Below, piece by piece: positions 32,272 to 43,900 of a DNA stretch of 64,000 nucleotides (within the stretch, counting starts at the first letter, position 1; each line of letters opens with the position of its first letter). A program made the translations under genes and the position numbers. This DNA is from Diplonema papillatum (taxonomy: Eukaryota), in assembly GCA_030068145.1 (NCBI GenBank), contig JAPJBO010001038.1, positions 1-64,000 of the forward strand, in the 5' to 3' direction. The notes beneath the pieces are model-generated. The model saw nothing but the letters and a program-made list of their open reading frames with translations. It was not told the origin of the DNA and did no database searches.

Positions 32272-33600
32272 GGTGCAGTTTTTAGCGTTTGTTGTGGTTT
32301 AAAGGTTCGGCGGTTTAGGATCTCCGGTTGACCATTGGCCGGGAGTCGGTAGACGGATTTGCACACTTTAACTAAGGCTGTTTCTCCGTTGCGCCGTCGG
32401 ATGTTGAGTGGTGCGAAACCTCGAAGATTATCAAGTCACACGGGCCATTCTGAAGAGGGTGTGTTAGCTGCCGTCGGATAACTGACGGGAGACTCCACCG
32501 GCGAGCGACGGAGCCGAAGTCCTTCCCCCTTCTAACTAGCACTTGAGCCGAATGCCAGATGGAGAAGCTGGCAACCTCCCACGCCCTATCCGTCCCCCGA
32601 AGGAACTCGCCCCACCCACCCTTCAGAGAGGAATTGGAGCTGGCGTCATCTGGCCGGAAGTATGGAGGGTGTGCACTCGTTCATCTCGCCACCTAGAAGA
32701 ACATTCCACCCGGAGCTGATGCCATGCGCGAGGAAATACGAGGGAATGGGGAAGCACTGCGTAGTCAGTTGCACTGCGATGCCTACCTGAAGAAAACAGT
32801 GCCAAGCCAGCGGTGCAATACGTCGACTCCCGACGGAGGTCGCCGATTGATGAGAAGTCGAAAAAGGTCGTCGGGCTAGGAGACTTCGATACGTTTTGTG
32901 GCTGTCTGAGCATTAACAAACGGGCTCCGGGAGAAGCAGGCACAGGGCTGCGGATACGTTTTCGAGCCGGTCCAGAGCAATACGCGGAAATATGACGTGC
33001 TAGATTGTGATGGACCGGGAAGAAGTGTCAGCATGCCGAAGCCACCGGTGTTCATGTGGTCCCCTTCAAAAAGAAACGACCTGCATCATCCGGGGCTTGT
33101 GGACATGGTCAACAGGATCGTCGATGTGTCACCACTTCAGATCTCTGCATCCGGGTTGCGGAGTGTGCACGCATTCCCTTTCGGCAATCCTGCACGTCCG
33201 AGCAAGCTCGTCCGTGGCAGCTTTGAGGCGAGCGATTACACCTTGCCTTAGGACCGACTGACCTGGTAGACTATGGAAAAAGAGCAGACTCGTTGGCTCG
33301 TGTTCCAGACGGGCAGAAGGCTGCTGTATATACGGCACGAGTCTGCAACGACATGAGCCTGAAAGTGTATCACGTTAGGGGAACAACAACGTCCGGAGTG
33401 CCCCTCGCTGACGATGCAATGGCATATGAACGCACACTTGAAGCGGTGCGGGAAGCTCCGTTGAACCGGTCAGTCATTACCCCGGTTTGACAGTGCGGAT
33501 TAAGAGAGTGACCGGCCAAAGACCGCGACCTTTCGGTCAGTTTTTTGCGGTTGAGAGAGGTGCGGTCAATGCCAAAGCACAAGAGGACGCGACACGGCTT

Positions 33601-35562
33601 TCACCAATCGGACTTGAACGTTGAGTAGCCGGGCCAGTCGTCTTTGATCGTGTCGATGAACTCGGGTGTGTCCTTGCGGGGTCGAACGACGTCTTCCGAC
33701 GGGTGCTCGACGTGCGTTGCGTAGCGCGCGAGCCGCGGCGCGAACTTGCGGAGGAGAGATCCCTCCGGCGCTTGCTGGAGGAGGTCGTAGACGAGCGTGT
33801 TGAAGGGCAGGTCCATTTTCCCGTAGGCCTTCTCCTGCGACACGAAGTGCGAGTGCACCGCTACGACCGGCGCCCCGTCGAGCAGCAGCGAGTTGCCGCC
33901 GGCGCCGAGCGCCAGCCGCTCCTCAGCGAAGTCGCCGGCTTGCCACCAGTTCGGCCGCGACTGCTTCTCGAGGCGCAGGTCCGGGGTCCACCAGCCGACG
34001 TTCCACTGCGGTTCGAGTTTGAATGCTCCCTTTTGGGTCGTGATAGCCACGTCGACCGGGCCCTGGTCGAGGTACATGCTGGGCATCCCCTGGTAGTACG
34101 CGATGTCCTGCGTCGAGTGCTCGAAGCGGAGCATGGAGTCTACCCACGCCTTCAGCAGCGGACTGCCCCGCGCGGCGTACACCACGCCGGTGTTCGCGTA
34201 TCCCTGCAGCTGGGCCATGTACCCGGTGCCCCAGCCCCGGGGATCGTGCATGCCGACGCCGAACGTCGCGGCCGCCGCGTCCGGCATCAGCGGCAACGGC
34301 CCGACCAAGAAAACGTCGGCGTCGAGCCAGAGGGTCGTCCTGTGGCGCTCGAGGACCTGCTGCATGAGGTTCGGCTTCTCGTGGAACCAGAACGGCAACC
34401 CCGGCGTCTTCCGCAGCGGGATGATCTCGACGTGGAGCCCGCGGTTCTGCAGCTTGGCCAGCAGCGGCTCGTGCTTCTGGCGTGTGTGCACGTCGATCCC
34501 GATGTAGAACGGCGTTTCCGGTGCGAACACGCGGAGCGACTCGAACAGGATCAGCAGGTGCGCGCCGACAAACTCACCGGTGACCAACGTGCAGACGGAC
34601 TCGATTTGCGTCGTGCGCGTTCCGAGTTCGCACCCCCACGGCAGGCTCGCCACGTTGCACCCCATGACGTTCATGTAGTTCGGATTCGACTGTTTTTGGA
34701 GCAGAGCGCGCGGGTACTGCGAAAGGTCGCACGACAGCTCGGGCAACTTCGCCGGGCACTCGGCCGCGCCGCCGTGCGCAGCGTCCGGTGCAGCATTCGC
34801 CTTCGCCTGCTTGCCGCCGGGCGCCCTTTTGCCGGCGCGCACGACGACGGCGGGGGAGTACGGGTCAGCGATGCACCTCGGGTACCACGTGTATCCGACG
34901 CCGCACCGGTCGCACGCGGCGCCGGCGAAGCCCGGTTTGCACGCGCAGTTCGGCGCCCAGCCGCCGCCGGACCCCTTCAGCCCGAAGGTCACCGCATACG
35001 CGTTCCCGCTGCAGTGCCGCAGCGTAGTGTACAGCGGGGGCCGCGCTGTGACGGCCACCTCAAGCTCGAGCACCTGATGGTTTCCTGGGCAAGGTCCCTC
35101 CCCGAACGTGGCCTTGTCCGCAACCACGCTCTGCCCCGCCGCCAGCCTCTTCGCAGTCGTGAGAAGCAGCGGCTTGTCGGTGACGTCCCACAGCCGCGTG
35201 CATTTGATAGGTTCCGCGTAACAGTGCCGCGTCGCCTCCTCTTTCCCGAAGTGCAAGACAGGGCACGGGTTGGCCTCCTGACCCCCGCCCCACCGCACGG
35301 CGATCACCCGGCCGACGACCCCAGGCGCGAACGCGATGCTGGCCCCGTCCTCGAATTCGAGCACGACGTGGTATTCCGCGGCGGGTGTGCCACCCGCCTC
35401 GGCCGGCCGCTGAGGGGCGCTGCCGGCGGCCGCCGGCCGCTTGTCGTCGACGGCGCACGGGACCTGCTGCGGGCACGGCTCGGCGGTCCGGGCCTCGTGG
35501 AAAACGGCGTACAGGGTGACGACGACGCAGGGCACTGCCAGCAGCGCCCAACGCGACTTCAT
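33601..35562 (-). CDS. Secreted or Golgi protein. It has an N-terminal signal peptide or anchor, a laminin-type EGF-like Cys-rich module, and a C-terminal nucleotide-diphospho-sugar transferase-like domain with a DxD motif.
   Basis: MKSRWALLAVPCVVVTLYAVF (hydrophobic N-terminus). CACKPGFAGAACDRCGVGYTWYPRCI (EGF-like). LWLDADVFLVGPLP (DxD) in a region resembling Nucleotid_trans/GT77-like folds. The upstream motif lies ~110 nt 5' of the start. Confidence 0.6.
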   Translation of the reverse strand: MKSRWALLAVPCVVVTLYAVFHEARTAEPCPQQVPCAVDDKRPAAAGSAPQRPAEAGGTPAAEYHVVLEFEDGASIAFAPGVVGRVIAVRWGGGQEANPCPVLHFGKEEATRHCYAEPIKCTRLWDVTDKPLLLTTAKRLAAGQSVVADKATFGEGPCPGNHQVLELEVAVTARPPLYTTLRHCSGNAYAVTFGLKGSGGGWAPNCACKPGFAGAACDRCGVGYTWYPRCIADPYSPAVVVRAGKRAPGGKQAKANAAPDAAHGGAAECPAKLPELSCDLSQYPRALLQKQSNPNYMNVMGCNVASLPWGCELGTRTTQIESVCTLVTGEFVGAHLLILFESLRVFAPETPFYIGIDVHTRQKHEPLLAKLQNRGLHVEIIPLRKTPGLPFWFHEKPNLMQQVLERHRTTLWLDADVFLVGPLPLMPDAAAATFGVGMHDPRGWGTGYMAQLQGYANTGVVYAARGSPLLKAWVDSMLRFEHSTQDIAYYQGMPSMYLDQGPVDVAITTQKGAFKLEPQWNVGWWTPDLRLEKQSRPNWWQAGDFAEERLALGAGGNSLLLDGAPVVAVHSHFVSQEKAYGKMDLPFNTLVYDLLQQAPEGSLLRKFAPRLARYATHVEHPSEDVVRPRKDTPEFIDTIKDDWPGYSTFKSDW

Positions 35563-35672
35563 GGCCGGGCGTGGGTGAGGAGGGCACCCGTGGGAGGGGG
35601 CGGGGGGAGGTGCCAGATTTTGTGCCTGTTTTTCCGGCGTTTCTTGTGGTTTAGAAGTTCGGTTTGATAGGG

Positions 35673-35693
35673 TCTCCGGTTGACCATTGAGGC
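35673..35693 (-). promoter_or_regulatory. Example of the recurring upstream motif (plus-strand TCTCCGGTTGACCATTGAGGC) ~110 nt 5' of the 33601..35562 start. Other copies at 13729-13750, 19633-19653, 29658-29680, 31426-31448, 32331-32350 and 40074-40100.
   Basis: Seven same-orientation copies. Five lie 45-140 nt upstream of putative minus-strand gene starts. Confidence 0.35.
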
Positions 35694-36249
35694 TGTGAGA
35701 CGGGTAGTATGAGGGATGTAGGCATGATTACACACTTTAACTACGGCTAGCCAAGTGTGTAAGTGTTGCGACCGACACACGTGAGCAGCGTGTTTGGGAG
35801 AAGATTAGCCCATATGCACTTACTATCGTTCACTAGCAGGCTAATCCTCCCCCGGCACGTGCAAACAAACACACGCCTATTATTTTTCCAACGTGGGGGG
35901 GGGTGATGTACTCAACACCCCCGACACGTACTTCCCCCCGAAAGTACTTTCCACCCCCCCCGAAAAGTACTTTCCACCCCCCGACCAAAAAATTCCACCC
36001 CCCGAAAAGTACAGACGGAGACCCGGGAACGTGCTCGCAGCACTGGACGCGGAGCTGTTCTCTAAGTATTGCGCAGGAGCATAGTGCACAGGGTGGCGCT
36101 TAGCAGCCAGTACCGCAGGGACAGTTGGGTGGATGCACTGTGCAGGAGCAATGTGGTCTACTTGGTCGAGGCTACAAGGAAAGCAGGCAGTAAGACCCAT
36201 GAAAGGCCGACGCATGCAGCAACCGACGCGTACTCTCCACTTCGATTGC

Positions 36250-36790
36250 CAAACTCATGACACGCAAACAATCTCTGTGTACAAGAACTACCTCGCTCGG
36301 GCGAGGTGGCCTCTCGTCTCGCGTTTCAAGGCTATGGCATGCTTGATCTTGCCGGTAACGCCCAGTACTGTGCAATGCGCTTCATGGCCGCTGGGTGAGA
36401 GTGCGGTAGTTGCTGCAGATGTTTCAAATGAGCAAGACCGCGGGAGACAGGATCTGCTACACGGTAGCGGGTTGCTGTTCTGCACATGCTCTGCTCATTC
36501 GAACATTTCCAGGCAAGATTCTGCTTCCCCGTTCACTCGAACCAGAGCAAGAGCCGCGTCAGGCCAAACGAGTGCTCGGACGCATTGGGGAAACAAGTAC
36601 CCATTTCTATTCTCACACAAACAATCTCCGCGTACAAAAACTACCTCGCTTGGGCTCGGCGGTGCGATTGCTCTTGAACTGGCGTGCCTCTCGTCTCGCG
36701 CTTCAAGGTTATGGCATGCTTGATCTTGTCGGTAACGCCCAGTACTTACTGTGCAATGCGCTTCACGGCATGCGCTTCACGGCCGCTGGG
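36250..36790. repeat. ~370-bp tandem duplication (2 copies).
   Basis: 36230-36420 closely matches 36590-36800 (caaacaatctc.g.gtacaa.aactacctcgct.ggg...cctctcgtctcgcg.ttcaagg.tatggcatgcttgatcttg.cggtaacgcccagtact...). Confidence 0.7.
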
Positions 36791-37599
36791 TGAGAGTGCT
36801 TCCGGCATTTCGCTGTGGCCGGACGCGGTTCGTTCAGGCACTCGTTGGAAAACTGCGCGCAGAGCTAAAAGGTGAAGCGGGGCGAAGGGAAAAAAAAGGC
36901 GCGGTATTGGAAGTCCACCAGCCGGGACGCGGAACTTTGGGGAAACAATCTGGAGGCAGAAGCAACCCTGGACGACGGAATGTGTCCTCGCGCACGATTC
37001 ATGCGCGGTGTGGACCGATGGCCGAGGGTCGCGCGAGTTGGAACCTCTCTGCACGGATGCTGCCCTTCGTGGGGCACCGACTCGGAGAGGTGACGTGACT
37101 CACCGGTCACCCAAGCAGTGTGCAACACTGGGGTCTGCATTGTGCCCCCGCTCGCGCTACCTCTAACCAGGAGGGGGTTAAAGTAAGATTTTTTAAAAGC
37201 TCTATTCCCGGGTCACCAGGTAGCCACCCAGTGCCCAACGCAGGCCATCGCTACGGATACACTGCATTCTAACCTCAACTACTCTAGGTTCTCCCGGGTT
37301 TTGCCGTCAGATCCGCTGGCTCTTTTTAGTGCAGCATGGCGGTGCAGAGAAGTGTACAAGCCGGTTCCGTGCTGGGGCGAATCTCGCCTTTTATTTCCAA
37401 AACCCGGTTTTTAAGGGGGGGGGGGGGGGGTAGGGTTGGTTGTATTATGTATTATTCGAGACTGGAGGTCCTATGAACATGCAATGTGAATAGCCTCTAT
37501 TCGAGCCAACCCGGCTTTTCTTGCAACAATTATGAAACCGTATTGTTTTTGGACTGGATAATAGTTCAGAGCAAGCTTTTTCCCCTTCTGGGAAAATGC

Positions 37600-37675
37600 A
37601 CAGGGGCGGCAGAGTGAGCGGGCGCCGGCCTTCAGGCCGGTCGGCCCGGGTTCGAACCCCGCCCGTGACATTTTT
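37600..37675 (+). ncRNA. tRNA-derived Pol III element (A box and B box plus T5 terminator). No cloverleaf. SINE head, or a tRNA-like promoter element of the kind found divergently upstream of small-RNA genes in trypanosomatids.
   Basis: A-box-like GGCGGCAGAGTGA at 37606-37617. Perfect B box GGGTTCGAACCC at 37649-37660. TTTTT at 37671-37675. No consistent acceptor or anticodon stems. Confidence 0.35.
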
Positions 37676-37689
37676 CCGGTCGGGGATTG

Positions 37690-38880
37690 TTTTCGAGGTT
37701 TGCTGCGTTCCGGGGTCTAATGTGCCCGAAATTTGCGTTTTTTGCGGAGTTTCTCAGTATCTCGCGGTATTTGGGTCACCCCGTCGCCCCGGGAGAGGGC
37801 CGGCGGGGGGGGGACGGGCGGGAAAAGGCTGCCGCAAGGGTGCGGCGGGGCCTCCCGGGTACGAGCGCCAAACTTTACCCGTGCTCGGTGGGTCCGAGGG
37901 GTGTCCCCCCCGGGTACCAGCGCCAAACCTTTCCCGTACTCGGTGGGTCGGGGGGGTCCGGGGGGGGTGTCCCCCCCCGGGCACGAGCACCGACCTTGAC
38001 TTCACCCGGACTTTACCACCCTGGCCGAACTTCGCTTCGTGCCCGAACTTTTTTCAGTACCAGCGCAGCCTGAGCGCTTAGCACCAGAACTTAGCAACGC
38101 CCGAACTTAGCATCACTCGAACTTAGCTTCACCAGAACTTAGCATTGCCCGAACTTAGCTTCGCCCCGAACTTTACCTGCTGCCTCCAGTCTCGCCACGC
38201 GCCGGCCTTAGCCGAGCGCACGTACTTTGTATTATTGTATTATTGTATTTTTGTATTATTTGTATTATAAAATCTGCTGTTTTATAATACAAATAATACA
38301 AAACTGGATGCAAGCCCTGACGCTGCAGCCCGAAGCTTGGTGGGCCATGGTGGGTGGACTCTTGAAGTCTGAGGGGGGATCGCTGTTGGGTGAAGCTGTG
38401 CCGCGTCGTGCCCCACACTTGTGCCACAGAGCGGAGCTTCAGTGTAATGGGGCTCACACAAGCCGCTCGGGTCACCTTGCTCCTGAACGCCTGTACAAGC
38501 TGTCCACCTTGTCGCAGTGGCTGGCACCCGTCCACGTCGACAACCCACGGAGACGCAAAAACCAACCGACGGAGAAACACCATCAATGTCGATGTCGATG
38601 AGGGTGGTGAGGTCGAGGGCTGTGAAGACGAGGTGGATGAGGGTCTTGTAGTTGCGGAGAGTGAGGACGAAGAGGGAGATGAGGAAGAAGCGATCTGACA
38701 GAAGGTGTGTTCTTACCGCCCCATGTCCGCCGTGTATTATTGTACTGGTGTATTATTGTGTATTTTTGTATTATTGTATTATTTGTATTATTCGTAGTAT
38801 AAACGGCCAAACCAATAATACTGCCAACCCTATAGGGGGGGGGGGGGGGGGGGGGGGGGGCGGGGTCGACTTATAACAGT
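37690..38880. repeat. Composite low-complexity, Foldback-like block: a 60-bp tandem (37690-38000), a 20-bp 'CCGAACTTAGC..' tandem (38050-38175), GTATTATT hairpin arrays (38225-38295, 38735-38800), and poly-G tracts (37422-37440, 38826-38862).
   Basis: Direct reading. The 20-bp unit is related to the arm subrepeat of the Foldback-like element at 62330-63310. Confidence 0.55.
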
Positions 38881-40554
38881 TGCATCTCCCTTTTAGCCCA
38901 AAAGCGGGTTTTGGAAACCGGGGAACTGGCCCGAACGTAAAGCCTGTCTCTAACATCTACACCCGCCACGGGAAGGCGGTACGACTCCTCGCGTGCAGCA
39001 GAGTGCGATGCTGGGATCAAGTGTGCAATGGGTCTTGAGCCTGAATGTATTTAGGTGAAGCACAGGTGACGTACTGGAATCAGTCCAGAAGAAAAAGTCA
39101 CAATGTGAGCTGTAGAACTTCGTGATGATGTCACTTCTTTCACACCAAAAAAAAAGGTCTCAGGTGAAGCCAGCCAGGTGAAGCCCGCGTCACCTGAACT
39201 TCCACGGCAAAGATAATTAGGGCGGGCAGCGGCTTCATGTCGCAAGACAAAATTTGGCCCGCGATTCCTACCGTGGCTACCCGTCACCACTCGCAAACAG
39301 AGGTGGTGCGACTCATCCACCAGAACCAGCGGAGCGCAGCGCGGGACTCTGCAGCGTGAAAAGACCTCCAAATCGTCTTCTAAGGTGGAGCGGAAAGCAA
39401 GAAAGAAATGGCACCCCTGCTTGCTGGAGTGTATAAAAGACAGTTCCGTACAACAGCTGCATTAGACGCAGCTTGATCCGAGAGCTCGCTAGGAGGTGGC
39501 ATCCCTGATGCACGTTCACCGGTCGACCCGCTTGTCCCGACACGCGTCCGATCTGTTGGTTGTGGGCCCCGTGGCCGCGGCTTCGGCTCCGGCACTCTCG
39601 CGGTGCCCGCGCTCGCCCGTTGGCCGACACTGCCTGGGTCGACACACGCGCTGGTTTCCTTCGACAACGGGGACACCGTCCAGAATCCGCTTCGGGTCGC
39701 CTCCCTGAACCACTAGCGTCTGCCCCTACCTGGCAGGTGCCGACACATCCTCGGGACCCCACTGCACGATCACTCCTTTGTCCGCCATACTCCGGAACAC
39801 ATCCGACGCCAGGTCCCCCTCACTGCCCCCACGAGGATACCACTCGCGCCACAGAGTTCCGCTTTGTTCTTGCACTCCTTCGTTGAGGAAAGAAGCCAGA
39901 GAGGGCTGAACTTACTGCGTATGCCCACACTCGTGGGAGGCCTGAACGTGCTCGTCCGCAGCGTGCATGTTAGACAACACCTGTTTGGATCTGGATACAA
40001 CACAATACGCTTTCAATCATAACTTATTATAGCGTGCAGGAATTTGAACTTGGTGTGCCAAACAAGTGTTTTAGGGTCTCCAGTCGACCATTCAGGGAGA
40101 CGGGTAGTGAAAGGGATGCAGACGTAATTACTACGGCTAGCCATGTTCTTGCTGACGATTTTCTCCGACAAAGAGGACGGGAAGCCCAACTTTTTCGTAA
40201 CCTCGAATGGGAACGGAAAAAGGGACGCTGAGAGACGGCGGCCCGGGCGGCACCGATCCCCGCGCACAACAGCAGGCAGTGACGCTTTTTGACGTACTGT
40301 GCACGCATGCCCCGTGACTTCTTTTGGGGTCTCGAGTGGCACCAACAAGACGCTTGGCGAGCTTCCTGACAAGACATGATGTCCTGGTCTGATTGGAGGC
40401 GTGTGCTTGAAGGTGCGTATATTCATCTGCAGGAATGCTTGAAGTGTCCACTTGTGGCAGGGAAAGGTACAGAATTACCCAGCGGTGATGTCTGGGAGAT
40501 GCAAGATCGTCTTCAAAGGGAGCCGAGGACCAGTTTCAAGATGTTACCTGTACA

Positions 40555-40915
40555 TCTCAACACGTGTGTGACTTCTAAGGGGCACTTATCCACTCCTCCG
40601 TGATTCTGAGTGCCACGTGGAAGCGGTGAGCCACTGGTGTGCCTGGTTGGCGGTGTTTTAGACGCCTGTTCCTGGACTCCGACACTTGTGGCTTCGAAGG
40701 GGCGTTTATCCATCCTCCGTGAGTATCGGATGGCCGCGTGGAGGCGGTGAACTCCACAGTCGTGCCCGGTTAGTGGGGTCTTCGACGCCTTTACCTGTAT
40801 TGCTCGACACTTGCGACTTCGAAGGGGCGTTTATCCATCCTCCGTGAGTATCGGATGGCCACGTGGAGGCGGTGAACTCCACAGTCGTGCCGGTCTTCGA
40901 CGCCTTTACCTAGCG
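40555..40915. repeat. ~125-bp tandem repeat, 3 copies.
   Basis: cgacacttg.g.cttcgaaggggcgtttatccatcctccgtgagtatcggatggcc.cgtggaggcggtgaactccacagtcgtgcc... is repeated. Confidence 0.8.
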
Positions 40916-43900
40916 CTTGAAAGTTCGGAGTGATTCTCGAAGTGCCGCTTGTGGCAGCGGCGGGCTCCATTCCCCGTGAGTTCCGTGTTCTTGTTGATGC
41001 GAATTTCTAGGGGGTGTAAAAGGTGCCTCCGTCGGAAAGACTCTCTCCTGCTGTCGCACCGCGGGCGTTGGATGGCTTGGATGATGAGAATTCACAAAAA
41101 AATATTCCGCGACACGTGTCCTTGACAAGGCAAGGAGGGCATGGAGAGGTCTATAAAGGGAACCGAACACCTTTTTTTGAGGATGGGGGGGCTTCAGATA
41201 GGGGAGGGAAGAAAAGCCGTCAACCACTACAAATGCTGATCGTCTGTACCCCACGTTTCGACGCTTTGCTTTCGGAAACCGGTAGCTGACCCGGAAGCCC
41301 GTGGCAAAAGAAGTTCCTACCCGGCCAACCGATATATTCCTGGAGAGCGTTCGTTTGCCTTTGTGGAATTCCCACGATGGATCGCAATATCGCTGAACGC
41401 GTGAAGCTTGGGCCTGCTACTTCAATGCAGGGAAACGAATACTTCCGGAGGTAATCGTCTTGGCCCTGATAAACGGGATAACGGACGCTTGCATCAACTG
41501 ATCAGATGATGGTAAAAATGATACGAAGGTAGCATTCTCCTCGCTTTGAGATGCGTCCCCGGTCTCTGACGCCGCGGAAAAGGTAGCGAAAACGAACCAA
41601 CTGCCAATGATCTTCGATGGTTAGCCGCGTCTTAAGCAAAACCCCCCGAGCGGTTGTGCCGGACAATGTTGCTACTCGGCCAATCCCAATGTTTTTAAGG
41701 CTAGTGGTACGACTAACGAAATCTTGTTATTTCGTATGAACGGGGAACCCCCTGCCTCGGGGATTTGGCTGCGTTTCGTTTCGCTTTCTCAGGTGCAGCT
41801 CCCTCTTTAGTACAGCAGTACTACTACTGAAAACAAAGTAGGCGAAAGAGGGCAGGGTGGCAAGCCCTTCTCTGGCCACGTTGTAGCAAGAAGGAGGCGT
41901 AGTGGAAAGGCTTTCTGACACATCTGCTCAGAGCAGCGAACATCCGATGCACTTCGACAGTGGAGAGGCCGGCAATTCGGCGCTGTCTCCGGTTAGGCGA
42001 CGTGCGTTTTCTTGTTCTGCTTTTTTTCGCAAGTCTGGTCAGTAGAAGAAAGGTGTGCCCTTTGTTTTGTTTAGGTCCGTAATTCTCAGAGTGAACGTTC
42101 AATTGAGAATCCATAAGAGGCTTCAAAGTCACCGGGTGACCATCGCCGAAAGTGGTGTAGTTGAGAGGAATGCTTGAGGGGAAATCTGGCGAAATCGATC
42201 TCAGTCACCGTAAACGCGGGTCAGCACGTCCGGTGCATATACGGTAAGCATACGACTCTCCTTTGCTGCGCTGCGGTTGTGCCCGTTGCGTAGGAAAACA
42301 TACGATGCTTCGGAGTGTGTGCAAGTCGAAGGTCTTACGAGTAGTGTTTACCCTGTGTTAAGATCAATTTCAGCGGGGTCTAAACCCGATCTCAACAAAG
42401 GCAAGAGGGGACGTAAGGAGTGGGGAGGGTTTGGGCAGAAAGAATGGTATAGTTCGATGCCGCGCATGTGGGGTATGCGACCCCAGATGCACAGCATCGC
42501 TCCTGGAGAATGGTATCCATTTTCACGTCGCTCGTTCTTGTAATTGTGGTTGACCTCACCCCCCCCGCCCTGGAAGGGCATTGAACAGGGTGGCGAACTC
42601 ACTGCGGGAGAGGGGACGACGCGTCTCGCCCAGAGAGGGGTAGCGGGCCGCTGGAAAGGATGCGCAGCCCGACTGAGCCCCCCTTGGCTCTCTCTGTGGG
42701 TTCCACTTCCCATCTCGCAACGTGAGGCACCCAGCAGGAGCCAGCCGCACACTGTTTGGAAATCTCCCCCAGCAGCTTGTGGTGAACCTCTGACGAGTGG
42801 TATCACCACATACACCACGTATGTGTACACCTCTATGGGTATACAGGTGGTACGTAGGTAGTATGCAAGGTTCCCGCGACCCCAAAATCGTGATGATTAA
42901 CCTGAAACCCCCTGCTTCTTGGCTATAATATGATACAAAACGCGATCGTTGCCATACTACGACACTTTTACTCGTTTTTAGAGTTAAAGTTCGCTTGAAA
43001 TTCCGGGGTTTCAGGATCTCCGTGTCACCGTTCATGAATGGGTTTGTGTGCGAAGGTGTGGCTGACTCCTTGCTGTGAACCTGACTCGCGAGAGAGCCCC
43101 TGGGTAGGTATTTCGAGTTCGGAAGTTCCCTGATTCGTTGCTAATGATGTGTAGGGTGTAGTTCGTAGCCGTTTGGATAGCATCGCGGCGACTTCCTGTA
43201 TCATCTGCTGGGGGAGAGGAGGTGTCCATCGGCGCGCGGTCTACCGCAGAAGGATTGGTGGAGTCGCAGCTCTCGCTCACAGAAAGAAACGCGCAGTTTT
43301 TTTTTTTGTTTTTTGCTCTTTTTACTGGTTCGGTGTCGGAAGAAGAGGGCGTTTGTTTTCTTCGCGTTTTCTCGCCAAAGGGGAAGGTGGGGGATGAGTG
43401 AACCGGCTCAATAAGGCGGGGCGGGGCGAAGGTTGCTGTGCAGCAGGACTCGAAAGACCTCGATCCTGGTGTGAACGAACACGACGCGGCTCGTGGTGAA
43501 CTCGGCGCGGTCGAAAACAGTGGATTCGAAAGTCTCCCCTCGCGTCGCTGGACCGCAGAGCACTTCGGTCCTGCTTTAGGTTGTGCCACCCACCAAAGCC
43601 GCAGCAGCAACCTTCGCAAAAAAGGCGATGTGGGTACAGCTGCATCAGACGCCGGCTGATCCGAGAGCTCGGTGGCGGCGCCGCTCATGACTGACCCCTC
43701 CGAAAACTGAAAAAAATCGGGGCTGGCGCTTCGGTGAATTGCGCAACCCCTCAAATTGAACTGGGCCGGAGTGCTGGGTTTGTTGAACAGGGTTCAGGCG
43801 GAGTGAGGTTAGACTTGGCGTTCACTCATTGATTCTCAGTCGGGCACGAAAAAAAGACTCGGGTGGTTTTCTCCGCGAGGACGGAACACTTTCGATGGCA

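Noticed and set aside
33703-35667. 654-aa plus-strand ORF, plus similar long plus-strand ORFs at 8166..9041, 10046..10885, 5189..5803 and 30514..31287.
   Set aside because: They are exact antisense partners of domain-bearing minus-strand genes in GC-rich DNA. Their translations are Arg/Pro/Ala-rich low-complexity with no motifs. This is a typical GC-driven open frame.
37600-37675. Possible tRNA-Sec (the loop contains TCA), or a canonical tRNA gene.
   Set aside because: The T-stem is 4 bp with a mismatch, no acceptor-stem partner exists for the 3' end, and the 'anticodon' region forms a 6-bp/4-nt hairpin. I could not obtain any cloverleaf by hand. It is kept only as a tRNA-derived Pol III element.
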